In this document: in pieces, positions 44,633-56,368 of the stretch | Position numbering within the stretch: position 1 is the first letter of the stretch | Layout of the letters: each line of letters opens with the position of its first letter | DNA from: Firmicutes bacterium HGW-Firmicutes-21 | GTDB lineage: Bacteria; Bacillota; Clostridia; Oscillospirales; CAG-382 | Length of the DNA stretch: 64,000 nucleotides | NCBI GenBank assembly: GCA_002841455.1 | Contig: PGZT01000001.1 | Location: 15,919-79,918 of the forward strand | Direction of reading: 5' to 3' | The notes under the pieces: model-generated | Told to the model about the DNA's origin: nothing | Databases searched by the model: none | Seen by the model: only the letters and a program-made list of their open reading frames with translations | Made by a program: the position numbers and the translations under genes

Positions 44633-45757
44633 ATGGCAATAAAATTTATTTCAAACAGAGCCTCTTTGCTCTCGCTTATAATACCGGCACTTGCGGCAAC
44701 CTCAACAAAAAGCACACTGCCTGCTCTTGAGGGCCTACTTTTTTCTCTTGAGGACAACCTGTTGACCGTTTGCGGCTACGATTTGGAAAAGGGTGTAAAA
44801 ACATCCGCTCCCGTTTATCCCAAAGAGGATGGAGCGGTTATTCTCAACGCACAAAAAATAAGTGCGATAATCAGGAATTTTCCTGACTGTGAGATACACT
44901 TTGAGGCCGACGAGAAGAATGTGGTCAGAATTTCAGGCGCAATGAGTGATTTCTCTATTCACGGGCTGGCTGCCGAGGCTTTTCCAAACCTGCCGGAGCT
45001 TGGCGGAGACAAGAGCTTTTCCATTAGTCAAAGTCTGTTAAAGGATATAATAGCAACTACTCATTTTGCGGTCGCACAGACGGATGCAAGGCCTATTCTT
45101 ACGGGAGAACTGTTTAAAATAGACGGTAAAAACCTGACAGTGGTTGCGCTTGACAATTACAGGCTTGCCCTGCGAGAAGAAACAAATGCAATCTTCGGAA
45201 ACGACAGCAGTTATTCGTTTGTCGTGCCGGGGAAAACGCTGATAGAGTTTTCAAAGCTGCTTGATGAGAGCGAGGAAATGGTTGTTGTTGAGTTTACAAG
45301 CAAATATATAATTTTTAAAGTAAGGGATATTATATTTTTCTCACGCCTTTTAGAGGGAGAGTTTTTGGATTATAACCGTGCTATACCTAATCAAAACAAG
45401 ATATTTGTCAAGGTAAACACGGCTGATTTTATAGAGAGTGCCTCACGTGCGGCTCTTTTGGTTGACGAGAAGCTGAAAACACCTTTAAAGTGTAAATTCA
45501 GCGGCGATATACTGGATATATCTTGCTCAACACAATACGGAAAGGTAAACGATAACATTAAGATACAAAAAGACGGAGACGACATAGAGATCGGTTTTAA
45601 CAGCCGCTATTTATTGGATGCTCTGCGTGCCTGTCGTGATGACTACATAAACGCAGCCATGTCCACGCCTCTGATGTCGATGGTTATAACTCCCTCAAAG
45701 AAAAAGGATAACAGTAAATATACCTATCTTGTGCTGCCGTGCAGGATTAAGGAATAA
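44633..45757 (+). CDS. dnaN: DNA polymerase III beta sliding clamp
   Basis: 374 aa with the three-domain clamp layout, immediately downstream of dnaA. Confidence 0.95.
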   Translation: MAIKFISNRASLLSLIIPALAATSTKSTLPALEGLLFSLEDNLLTVCGYDLEKGVKTSAPVYPKEDGAVILNAQKISAIIRNFPDCEIHFEADEKNVVRISGAMSDFSIHGLAAEAFPNLPELGGDKSFSISQSLLKDIIATTHFAVAQTDARPILTGELFKIDGKNLTVVALDNYRLALREETNAIFGNDSSYSFVVPGKTLIEFSKLLDESEEMVVVEFTSKYIIFKVRDIIFFSRLLEGEFLDYNRAIPNQNKIFVKVNTADFIESASRAALLVDEKLKTPLKCKFSGDILDISCSTQYGKVNDNIKIQKDGDDIEIGFNSRYLLDALRACRDDYINAAMSTPLMSMVITPSKKKDNSKYTYLVLPCRIKE

Positions 45758-45786
45758 ACTCCGAAAGTAAACTTTCGAATACGGTT

Positions 45787-45847
45787 TTGTGCCTTGGTTG
45801 CAAGAGGTGCAACCATTTGTATGAATGCTTCATACAAATCGGCACAA
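45787..45847. other. 61-nt perfect three-way-junction structure (candidate structured RNA or DNA cruciform)
   Basis: The outer stem is ttgtgcc (45787-45793) with ggcacaa (45841-45847). Hairpin 1 is tggttgca-agagg-tgcaacca (45795-45815). Hairpin 2 is tttgtatgaa-tgc-ttcatacaaa (45816-45838). All pairs are Watson-Crick. Confidence 0.5.
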
Positions 45848-45924
45848 TTCCTACTATGCTATAAGGTAAAAGCCGTAAAAATAGAGCGAATGCAGTTAAT
45901 GCCGGGAAAAGGAATGACAAAAGA

Positions 45925-47022
45925 TTGAAAATTATTTCGCTCGGAGTTGCCGATTTTAAGAACACTGTAAAAGAAGAAATAAAGTTCTCCGACGGAATAA
46001 ACATTATATACGGAGATAATGCGGCGGGGAAAACCAACCTTTTAGAGGCGATATTCCTTTTTGCCGCAGGGAAGAGCTTCAGGGGAAACAAGGACAAGGA
46101 TTTTATCAGGTTCGGGCAGGACAGCGCCTTTGCGGAGATTGAATTTGAGGACAAAAACGGTATCCAGCGAATGGGTATCAAGCTCTATAAAAACGCAAAG
46201 AAGCAAATTTTTCGCAACTGTGCGCAGATAACAAAGCTCTCCGAGTATCTCGGGCTGTTCAGAGCGGTAATATTTACACCCGATCATCTTAATCTTGTAA
46301 AAGGGTCGCCGGAGGGACGGAGACGCTTTATCGATTTGGCGATTTGCCAGTCGTTCCCGAGATATGTTGCGACAGTCAGCGAATACAACCGTGTGCTTGC
46401 GCAGAAGAACGCATTGCTTAAAAACAAAATCGGCTCCGACGAGCTGACCGAGGTCTATAACGAGAAGCTGTGCGGGCTTGCCGCTCATATAACGCAGAAC
46501 AGGCTTAAATATATATGCCGTTTACAGAACGAGGCACAGGCTTTCCAAAACGATATGACCGACGGAGCGGAGCGGCTCACCCTTGAGTATTGCTCTCAGG
46601 CGGGCAGCAACTTTTGCTCCGCCGAGGAAATAAAGGAACGGTACACAAACCTGTATAAAAGCAAAAAGGAGCAGGAAAAGCAAAGAGGTACAACTCTTTA
46701 CGGACCGCACAAGGACGATTTTTATATATATATAAACGGAAAAAACGCAAGACTCTTTGCCTCACAAGGGCAGCAGCGCTCCGCTGTTTTATCGTTGAAG
46801 CTTGCCGAGGGAGAGCTATCCAAAAAGCTGACGGGTGAATATCCGGTGTTTTTACTCGACGATATCCTCAGCGAGCTGGATGCTAAAAGAAAAAAATATA
46901 TACTCGACAAAACCGAAGGCAAGCAGGTTATCATAACAGGCTGCGAAAAGGAATTTTTTGCCGCATTTGAGAGTAAAACAAGAATATATATGGAGAACGG
47001 AAAAGCATGTTTTTACACCTAA
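45925..47022 (+). CDS. recF: DNA replication and repair protein RecF
   Basis: TTG start, 365 aa, P-loop GDNAAGKTNLLEA and signature LLDDILSELD. Confidence 0.93.
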   Translation: MKIISLGVADFKNTVKEEIKFSDGINIIYGDNAAGKTNLLEAIFLFAAGKSFRGNKDKDFIRFGQDSAFAEIEFEDKNGIQRMGIKLYKNAKKQIFRNCAQITKLSEYLGLFRAVIFTPDHLNLVKGSPEGRRRFIDLAICQSFPRYVATVSEYNRVLAQKNALLKNKIGSDELTEVYNEKLCGLAAHITQNRLKYICRLQNEAQAFQNDMTDGAERLTLEYCSQAGSNFCSAEEIKERYTNLYKSKKEQEKQRGTTLYGPHKDDFYIYINGKNARLFASQGQQRSAVLSLKLAEGELSKKLTGEYPVFLLDDILSELDAKRKKYILDKTEGKQVIITGCEKEFFAAFESKTRIYMENGKACFYT

Positions 47023-47258
47023 GCAGGAACGAGAGCGTCTTAAAAAAGGAAATAATAGGTATTTTTGATATAGATACCGCATCAATTTCAGCCGATACAA
47101 GAGCTTTTTTGGCAAAGCTGCAGGAGAATAAAAGGGTGGTAAACCTATGCGACGACCTGCCAAAGAGCTTTGTGCTTGCAGATAACGAGCTGTGCGAGAG
47201 CCTGTATATCACACAGATTTCCGCCGCATCGCTTAAAAAAAGAACAGATATATACTAA
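47007..47258 (+). CDS. remB: DUF370 (RemB/YaaB-like) protein
   Basis: 83 aa. IIGIFDIDTASIS...LPKSFVLA...LYITQISAASLKKR matches the DUF370 pattern. It sits between recF and gyrB, as in Bacillus. Confidence 0.8.
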   Translation: MFLHLSRNESVLKKEIIGIFDIDTASISADTRAFLAKLQENKRVVNLCDDLPKSFVLADNELCESLYITQISAASLKKRTDIY

Positions 47259-47301
47259 GAAAACTAAAACCATCAGACAGATAACCGAAAGGAATGCATA
47301 A

Positions 47302-49221
<1,920 letters not shown>

Positions 49222-49235
49222 GGGGAGTTGTACAA

Positions 49236-51779
49236 ATGGGACACGATAAAGACTACGATTACAGCTCTCATCAGGAGCAGACAATACACAATGTCAGTAT
49301 AGAAAAAGAGATAAAAACCGCTTATATCGAATATGCGATGTCTGTTATTGTCGGGCGTGCGCTGCCCGATGTCAGGGACGGATTAAAGCCCGTTCATCGC
49401 CGCATCCTTTATGCTATGTACGAGGACAAGCTTACCTCGGACAAGCCGTTCCGTAAATCGGCGACAACCGTCGGTAATGTGCTGGGTAGGTATCATCCGC
49501 ACGGAGATGTTGCCGTTTACGATACAATGGTTCGTATGGCGCAGCATTTTTCGCTCAGATATCCGCTTATAGAGGGACACGGCAACTTCGGTAACATAGA
49601 CGGCGACAGCGCCGCCGCTTACCGTTATACCGAGGCGAGAATGGCAAAGCTGTCCAACGAGATGCTTGTCGACATAGAGAAGAATGTAGTTGATTTTACA
49701 AACAACTTTGATAACACGAGGAAGGAGCCGCAGGTGCTGCCCTCCCGCTTTCCGAACCTGCTTGTAAACGGCTCCGTCGGTATTGCCGTCGGTATGGCGA
49801 CAAACATACCTCCGCATAATCTGTCGGAGGTTATCGATGCGACCATATACCAGATAGATAACCGTGATTGTCAGGTACAGGACCTTTTACCCTTTGTCAA
49901 GGGACCGGATTTCCCCACCTACGGAACCATTTACGGCACCGCAGGTGTTTACGAGGCTTATATGACCGGCAGAGGCAGGGTCAGGGTAAGGGCAAAGGCG
50001 CATTTTGAGGAGAAGCACGGAAGAACAAGCATTATAATAACAGAGCTGCCTTATCAGGTAAACCGTTCCCTTTTACTGGATAATATGGTTTTACTTGTAA
50101 AGAATAAACGAGTCGAGGGTATCTCGGATATCAGGAACGAATCCGGCCGCAAGGGAATGCGAATCGTCATTGAGGTAAAGAAGGACGCCAACGCTCAGGT
50201 TGTGCTTAATCTGCTTTACAAATATACACAGCTTCAGGACACCTGCGCAATAAATATGCTTGCGCTGGTAAAGGGAGAGCCTAAGGTTCTTAACCTTAAA
50301 GAGGTGCTTGAGCATTACATCCTGCATCAGGAGGAGGTTATAACCCGCCGCACGCAGTTTGAGCTTGATAAAGCGGAGCGGGAGGCCCATATATACGAGG
50401 GCTTGAAGATAGCGATTGACAATATAGACGAGGTTATCGGTATCATTCGGTCGAGTGCGAACATTTCCGAAGCGAAGGAGAACCTTATCGCACGGTTCAC
50501 CCTTACCGAGATACAGGCGCAGGCGATTGTCGAGATGACGCTGGGCAGACTCTCCGGACTTGAACGAACAAAGATTGAGGAACGGTTAACCGCTCTTTAT
50601 GCGTTAATAGAGGAATTAAAGGGAATTTTGTCGGACAGAGACAAAATTACGGCTATAATTAAAAATGACCTGTTAGATATAAAGAGACGCTACGGCGACG
50701 AAAGGCGTACCGCCATCGAGGAGGTAGAGAACGAGATTATGCTTGAGGATCTTATCGAACGGGAGAACAGCGTTATAACCGTTACACATGCCGGCTATAT
50801 CAAGCGCTTGCCCTCCGAGACCTATTCGGCACAGCGAAGGGGCGGCAAGGGTATCACGGCAATGTCCACCAAGGAGGAGGATTTTGTCGAGGATGTAATA
50901 ATCTCGCATAGCCATGATTTTTTGCTTATGTTCTCAAATCGGGGAAGAATGTATATAAAAAAGTGCTATGAGATACCCGAGAGCGGCAGAACGGCGAAGG
51001 GAACCAACCTTGTCAATGTTTTATCGCTTGACGAAGGTGAAAAAATAACCGCTATTATTCCGGTAACAGAGTTTACCGAGGACGAAAATCTTGTTCTGCT
51101 CACCAAATACGGCGTTATCAAGCGAGTTTCGCTCATGGCTTACCGTACACGCCGTACGGCTGGGCTTTATGCGGTTACGCTTGACGAGGGCGACGAGCTG
51201 CTTTTTGTTATGAAGACAACGGGAAGCGACCAGATAATCGCCGCTTCACGCAAGGGGCTTTCCATCCGCTTTAACGAGCAGAATGTGCGGGTTATGGGCA
51301 GACAGGCGAGAGGTGTCCGTGCTATGCGGCTGTCCGAGAACGATTATATTATAGGCAGCGCCGTTATTCCCAAGGATTATGCCGAGACCGATGCCAAGGT
51401 AATTACCATTACCGAGGGCGGATACGGAAAACGGTGCGATATAGACGAATATACACCGCAGAACAGGGGCGGCAAGGGGTTAATCTGCCACAGGCTGAGC
51501 GAGAAGACGGGCAGCCTTGCGGGGATAGCCATCGTGGAGCCTACGGACGATATTATGCTTATTACCGACAGCGGAGTTATAATCAGAACAACAGTCGGAG
51601 AGATACCCGTTTACGGAAGAAGTGCGGGCGGCGTTATAGTTATGCGTTTGGGCGAGGATGCCTCGATTGTCGGGTTTGCCCGAGTTAAGCCGGAGGAAGA
51701 GGACGAGGAAGCAACCGATACAGCCGGAGAGGATTCAACGGAAACAACAGAACCTGAAAATATAGAGGAGCAAAAATAA
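49236..51779 (+). CDS. gyrA: DNA gyrase subunit A
   Basis: 847 aa with [16 protein letters not shown], the active-site Tyr context [12 protein letters not shown]-terminal beta-pinwheel repeats and an acidic tail. Confidence 0.97.
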   Translation: MGHDKDYDYSSHQEQTIHNVSIEKEIKTAYIEYAMSVIVGRALPDVRDGLKPVHRRILYAMYEDKLTSDKPFRKSATTVGNVLGRYHPHGDVAVYDTMVRMAQHFSLRYPLIEGHGNFGNIDGDSAAAYRYTEARMAKLSNEMLVDIEKNVVDFTNNFDNTRKEPQVLPSRFPNLLVNGSVGIAVGMATNIPPHNLSEVIDATIYQIDNRDCQVQDLLPFVKGPDFPTYGTIYGTAGVYEAYMTGRGRVRVRAKAHFEEKHGRTSIIITELPYQVNRSLLLDNMVLLVKNKRVEGISDIRNESGRKGMRIVIEVKKDANAQVVLNLLYKYTQLQDTCAINMLALVKGEPKVLNLKEVLEHYILHQEEVITRRTQFELDKAEREAHIYEGLKIAIDNIDEVIGIIRSSANISEAKENLIARFTLTEIQAQAIVEMTLGRLSGLERTKIEERLTALYALIEELKGILSDRDKITAIIKNDLLDIKRRYGDERRTAIEEVENEIMLEDLIERENSVITVTHAGYIKRLPSETYSAQRRGGKGITAMSTKEEDFVEDVIISHSHDFLLMFSNRGRMYIKKCYEIPESGRTAKGTNLVNVLSLDEGEKITAIIPVTEFTEDENLVLLTKYGVIKRVSLMAYRTRRTAGLYAVTLDEGDELLFVMKTTGSDQIIAASRKGLSIRFNEQNVRVMGRQARGVRAMRLSENDYIIGSAVIPKDYAETDAKVITITEGGYGKRCDIDEYTPQNRGGKGLICHRLSEKTGSLAGIAIVEPTDDIMLITDSGVIIRTTVGEIPVYGRSAGGVIVMRLGEDASIVGFARVKPEEEDEEATDTAGEDSTETTEPENIEEQK

Positions 51780-52318
51780 TGGCAATCAAGACCTTTGTGC
51801 TGGAGAACTACCCTGAAAAGGAAAAGCGGCATGCCGCTATAGAAAAGGCAATTAAGGATTATCTCGAAAACGACAAGGTTGAGGTGCTTTATACCGGAAG
51901 GGGCAAGCCCTATATAAAGGGAACCGAAACCGAGAAGTTCCTGTCGGTAACCACAACCGGCTCGGTTATGCTCTGCGTTTTTTCGGATATGCCCGTGGGC
52001 ATTGACGGCGAGCATCTCGGACGCTTTACAGCCGAGAACAAAACCGATTATACCGCCTTGGCGGAACGGTTCTTTTCCGAGGAGGAAGCGGATTATGTTC
52101 GGGAGGGCGACGGGGATCCTATGCGCTTTGTCCGTATCTGGGTACGCAAGGAGGCGTATGTAAAGCTAACGGGGAAAGGGCTTGCCGATTTTTCAAACTT
52201 CTCCGTAACCGACGGCGAACGATTCTACGGCAAGGTAAGCGGCGTTCCTATAAAGAAGTTTGCCATTAACTTCCCCGGCAGTAATGAATATTTCTTTGCC
52301 ATTGCAGGGGCGGAATAA
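51779..52318 (+). CDS. 4'-phosphopantetheinyl transferase superfamily protein (short Sfp-like)
   Basis: 179 aa. GKPYI...VGIDGEH and WVRKEAYVKLTGKG are PPTase motifs. Its ATG overlaps the gyrA TAA by 1 nt (TAATG). Confidence 0.75.
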   Translation: MAIKTFVLENYPEKEKRHAAIEKAIKDYLENDKVEVLYTGRGKPYIKGTETEKFLSVTTTGSVMLCVFSDMPVGIDGEHLGRFTAENKTDYTALAERFFSEEEADYVREGDGDPMRFVRIWVRKEAYVKLTGKGLADFSNFSVTDGERFYGKVSGVPIKKFAINFPGSNEYFFAIAGAE

Positions 52319-52406
52319 ATTCCGCCGCAAGCGGCGGACTATAGAGAATTCGCTTCGCAAATTCTCCGCTGGAAGCCGAAAAAATAAAATTTTAAGGAGT
52401 AATAAA

Positions 52407-52979
52407 ATGGAAAAAGTATCAATTAAGACATCTAACAACTTTTGTCCACAGGCGTTATTTCTTTATGGAACATATAAAGAGGATGGTACGCCGAACTTTG
52501 GTACATTCTGCTGGTTCAGTTATTGCTGGGACTCGGAAATGAAGGTAATGGCTTGTATCGGAGGGGAAAAACTTACAAAAGACCATATTCATGCGGGAAA
52601 AGTATTTTCCGCAAATCTTGCAACAGAAGCTTTGATTCCCTATGCGGAATACTTTGGCAATACCACAGGTTACACGAAGGGGAAAATGGATATACCGATT
52701 GAGATTGAGCACGGCGCCGTGTTGCCTGTCCCAATATTAAAGGCAAGTCCGTGGGTTTTTGAATTAGAGGTTGAACAGTCCGTTCCTCTGAACGGCGGCG
52801 AGATTTTTATTTGCAAGATACGCAATGTACTTGCGGCAAAAGAACTTACGGATGAGGAAAAAAGTGCAGAAGAACGCATGGAACTGGTCGCACCTGTTAT
52901 ATGGACAAGCAGTGGAAACGGACAATACTTTTCATTGAATCCGATAAAAAAAGAAACTTTCGAAAAAAACAAAACATAA
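52407..52979 (+). CDS. Flavin reductase/flavoredoxin-like protein
   Basis: The ATG at 52407 follows an AAGGAG RBS. The PQALFLYGTYKEDGTPNFGTFCWFSY pattern indicates a flavin reductase-like domain. The track ORF's 5' extension is unlikely to be real. Confidence 0.7.
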   Translation: MEKVSIKTSNNFCPQALFLYGTYKEDGTPNFGTFCWFSYCWDSEMKVMACIGGEKLTKDHIHAGKVFSANLATEALIPYAEYFGNTTGYTKGKMDIPIEIEHGAVLPVPILKASPWVFELEVEQSVPLNGGEIFICKIRNVLAAKELTDEEKSAEERMELVAPVIWTSSGNGQYFSLNPIKKETFEKNKT

Positions 52980-53069
52980 CCTCTCTGATTTAATTAAGGA
53001 AAAATTTTTATAAAAAAGCAAGGCGATTGGATTTATGTTATCCCGCCTTGTTTTATTAATATAGTCGTT

Positions 53070-55247
53070 TTATTCTTTTGTGGATTTTATTTTCCTCTCC
53101 GCAAGGTCGCATAATTCCTCTGCAAATTCGGCGTTAACCGCCTCCGCAAACACACGGAAGCCGCCGTCGGTACGCGGAAACACTGCGACACTGCCCTTTT
53201 CGGTATGCAGCCTTACCCCGCGGGAGCAATCTCCGCACTCCTCCGCAAGCGAGCCGATTATATCCGCCTTGTCCTCCTCGTCGGCGTCGATGTCAACGCT
53301 GCGGACAAACAGCTGCGGAAGTGTCTGATACGCCTTATCAAGCGATACGTTGTTTTCTCGAAGATAACGGCAGACCAAAAGAGCCAAAAGAACGCTGTCG
53401 TTGTAAAAATGCGTTCCGAAGGCTTTTTTTCGTTGCTCGCTCTCACCGTCGTTATAGAAATGGATTGCAATACCCTTTTCCTTAAGATAGCTCTCCACAG
53501 CCTCGGGAGTGGATTGCGGAAGGAACAGCTCCTTACGGCTTCCGCTCTGCGCCGCAAGTATAAACATCTGCCAGAAATACAGCTCCCTGCCTGATTTTGT
53601 AAGAGCATAAACGCCTTTATTATTAAAAACAAAGGAGTCTCGTGCGGCGGAGGAACTTCCCTCGTGTATCAGCTCTGTGTTCGCACCCAATTCACGGGCG
53701 TTGGAGAAAAAGAAGTTAGCCTGCTCGTTGCTACCGACAGCCTTTATATCAACGCTGCCGAGAGGACCTGTAACCGCTTGCAAATATAAGCAATAGCGGA
53801 ATTTAATCCGTTGCTCCCTGGATAAAATATCGGGTGCGGGAATATTTTCGGGCACAGGGAGCTTCTCACGCATGGCATTTTCGGTTTTTCGCTGCTTCTC
53901 ATGTGAAAAAAGCAAGCCGTTTCTCTCGAAGAGCAGAATATTTACAGTGTTATCACCGATTTCAAAGCCATTTATAGAAACAAACACACAGCAATCCAAA
54001 TCATACTCCTGCGGAGCAAATGCCGCAAGAGGCAAAAAACCGTCCTCCAGCTCAAGCATATAGCCGCCGCCGCTCCGAACCCCCACCTTAATAATATCAG
54101 AAAGCAGCTCGCCTATCTCGCTTCCGTCGTTCATAACGCCGATTCGGGCGGGCTTACCGAGTGAGGACAGCCCCTGTCCCAGCTTAAAGCACAGCTCTCC
54201 GTCTATTTCGCTCCCGTACTTGCCCTTTATTCCGTCCTCGCAGAATAGATGTCGTGCCGTGGTACTGAAAAACACATTTCCCATTATTCTCGCACCTCTT
54301 GCGATTTTTATATTGTCGGATATTTTTACCCCTTCCGAGAGAACAACCCGATCACAAATAACACTGCCCGCACCGATAACACAGCCCTCCGGGATTACAC
54401 AGCCGTCTCCGACGGAAACCCCCTCGCATAAAATACTGCACTTAATCTCGCTGTAGCCGACAGAGACCCGATCAAACAGAATACTCTCGCGTATCTTGGC
54501 AAACCCGTTTATAACACAGCTCTCTGCGATAACATTGTCGCCGCCGGAGGAGCGCATATTGCAGTTATAATAATCACCGAAGCTGCCAATGTCGCACCAA
54601 AAGCCGTCCGCCTCCTCACCGTAAAGGGGAACACCCTTTTGCAACAGCAACGGAAACAAATCTCTGCCGAAATCAAAGAACACGCCCTCCGGAATCATAC
54701 CTATTACACTTTTATCGAGGATATATATTCCCGTGTTAATCAGATTGGAAACGGTGTCCGCCCAAGAGGGCTTCTCTAAAAACCGCACTATCCTGTCGGT
54801 GCCGTTTTCTGTCAGCACGGTTCCGAACTCCTGAGGACATTTTGTTCTTGTAAGCAAAAGCGTGGCTGTCCTTTTGTTTGATATATGACGAGCAATGTAT
54901 TTTTTCAGCTTAAAATCACACACCGCATCGCCCGAAATAATCAGCACGGTTTCGGATAAAATATCATACAACGCCCTTACCGCTCCGGCGCTCCCCAAGG
55001 GGCTGCTCTCTCTGTAAAAAGCAAGGTTTATTCGCTCGTGCCTAACCCTTTCAATTTGCTCCGGCAGATACATCGTGGTAACCGCGGCAGAGGTAAAGCC
55101 GTTTTCCGCCAGTAAATCGAGTATCCGTTCAAACACACTCCTGTTGTTTAACGGAAGCATAGGCTTGGGTATGCTGTTTGTCATTGGTGCAAGCCTGCTC
55201 CCGAACCCGCCAGCCATTACCACGGCACTGTATCTGTTATCGGTCAT
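53070..55247 (-). CDS. Sugar-phosphate nucleotidyltransferase (with left-handed beta-helix) fused to a phosphohexomutase-like C-terminal region
   Basis: The N-terminus VVMAGGFGSRLAPMTNSIPKPMLPL is an NTP-transferase motif. Hexapeptide repeats occupy the middle. The C-terminal half resembles PGM/PMM domain architecture, but the phosphoserine loop is not conserved. Confidence 0.75.
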   Translation of the reverse strand: MTDNRYSAVVMAGGFGSRLAPMTNSIPKPMLPLNNRSVFERILDLLAENGFTSAAVTTMYLPEQIERVRHERINLAFYRESSPLGSAGAVRALYDILSETVLIISGDAVCDFKLKKYIARHISNKRTATLLLTRTKCPQEFGTVLTENGTDRIVRFLEKPSWADTVSNLINTGIYILDKSVIGMIPEGVFFDFGRDLFPLLLQKGVPLYGEEADGFWCDIGSFGDYYNCNMRSSGGDNVIAESCVINGFAKIRESILFDRVSVGYSEIKCSILCEGVSVGDGCVIPEGCVIGAGSVICDRVVLSEGVKISDNIKIARGARIMGNVFFSTTARHLFCEDGIKGKYGSEIDGELCFKLGQGLSSLGKPARIGVMNDGSEIGELLSDIIKVGVRSGGGYMLELEDGFLPLAAFAPQEYDLDCCVFVSINGFEIGDNTVNILLFERNGLLFSHEKQRKTENAMREKLPVPENIPAPDILSREQRIKFRYCLYLQAVTGPLGSVDIKAVGSNEQANFFFSNARELGANTELIHEGSSSAARDSFVFNNKGVYALTKSGRELYFWQMFILAAQSGSRKELFLPQSTPEAVESYLKEKGIAIHFYNDGESEQRKKAFGTHFYNDSVLLALLVCRYLRENNVSLDKAYQTLPQLFVRSVDIDADEEDKADIIGSLAEECGDCSRGVRLHTEKGSVAVFPRTDGGFRVFAEAVNAEFAEELCDLAERKIKSTKE

Positions 55248-55314
55248 TAAAAAACCTCACTTTTATGTCATATGTATATTTTTATCTAACGAGCGAAAAT
55301 TATTCCGTTCTAAG

Positions 55315-55343
55315 TTGACAAAAAGTAAGAAAAAGGCTATATT
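55315..55343 (+). promoter_or_regulatory. Sigma-A-like promoter for ribF
   Basis: TTGACA (55315-55320), 17-nt spacer, TATATT (55338-55343). Confidence 0.55.
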
Positions 55344-55393
55344 AAATTGTGGATATATGCCTTCGGGAAAACAAAGAGGTACAAAAGAGCGAT

Positions 55394-56317
55394 ATGAACA
55401 TAATTACCGACATTAATCTGCCGATATTAAATAAAACGATTGTTTCGATAGGTAATTTTGACGGCGTTCATATTGGACACCGTCTCTTGATTAAAACGCT
55501 TGCCGAGCTATCCGAAAAAAAGCACCTTGAGGGGATAGTGTTCACCTTTGCGGAGAACCCAAAGAACATTCTAACGGGCGGGGTTGTAAAATATCTAACC
55601 GGGACAGAGGACAAGCTGCGATTTTTAACCGAATACGGAGCAAAAAATATATATTTTGCGGATTTTGAGGAGCTTTGCGGATTATCTCCGCAAGAGTTTG
55701 CGGAGAATATACTAATAAAGGGCTTTAATGCCGATACAGTTGTCTGCGGCTTTGATTTTAGATTCGGAAAAGGCCGCAGCGGAGACGCAGAGAACCTTAA
55801 AGCACTCCTTGGCGGACACGGAGTGGATTGCATTATCGTCCCCGCCGTTTACAGCGAGGGACAGCCCGTAGGCTCGACAGAGATAAGACGGCTGATAGGA
55901 GAGGGCGATGTCGAGAAGGCGGAGCTGCTTTTGGGCAGACCGTACGGCTTTACCCTGCCTGTTTTAGTCGGCAGGCAGATAGGCAGAGGGCTTGGCTTCC
56001 CAACTATAAATCAACGGTTTCCCGAGTACAGAGTTATCCCCGCTTACGGAGTTTATGCGGTTCTGTGTGAAGCGGAGGGAGAGGAATACAGAGGGATTGC
56101 TAACATCGGAACCCGCCCGACCGTATCAAAAGAGGGGGACGGTCCGCTGTGCGAGACGCACCTGTTCGGCTTCAACGGGAACCTATATAACCATACGGTC
56201 AGAGTTAAGCTGAAAAAGCGACTAAGGCAGGAAAAAAAGTTTTCCTCGCTCGAGGAACTGAAAAGCCAAATAAACAAGGATATCGTTGCGGCGGATGCTT
56301 ACTTTGCCGGACAGTAA
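55394..56317 (+). CDS. ribF: Bifunctional riboflavin kinase / FMN adenylyltransferase
   Basis: GNFDGVHIGH (FAD synthetase) and GFPTIN (riboflavin kinase). The start could be 55394 or 55349. Confidence 0.9.
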   Translation: MNIITDINLPILNKTIVSIGNFDGVHIGHRLLIKTLAELSEKKHLEGIVFTFAENPKNILTGGVVKYLTGTEDKLRFLTEYGAKNIYFADFEELCGLSPQEFAENILIKGFNADTVVCGFDFRFGKGRSGDAENLKALLGGHGVDCIIVPAVYSEGQPVGSTEIRRLIGEGDVEKAELLLGRPYGFTLPVLVGRQIGRGLGFPTINQRFPEYRVIPAYGVYAVLCEAEGEEYRGIANIGTRPTVSKEGDGPLCETHLFGFNGNLYNHTVRVKLKKRLRQEKKFSSLEELKSQINKDIVAADAYFAGQ

Positions 56318-56368
56318 AAAAGAGCGGGCTTGCGTTAACAGCAGACCTTTTACGGAGGAGGAACTCTT

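Noticed and set aside
45747-46181. A 144-aa minus-strand ORF spanning the dnaN-recF spacer and the recF 5' end.
   Set aside because: It overlaps recF, which has clear P-loop and family motifs. It reads through the hairpin-rich spacer and has no recognisable features.
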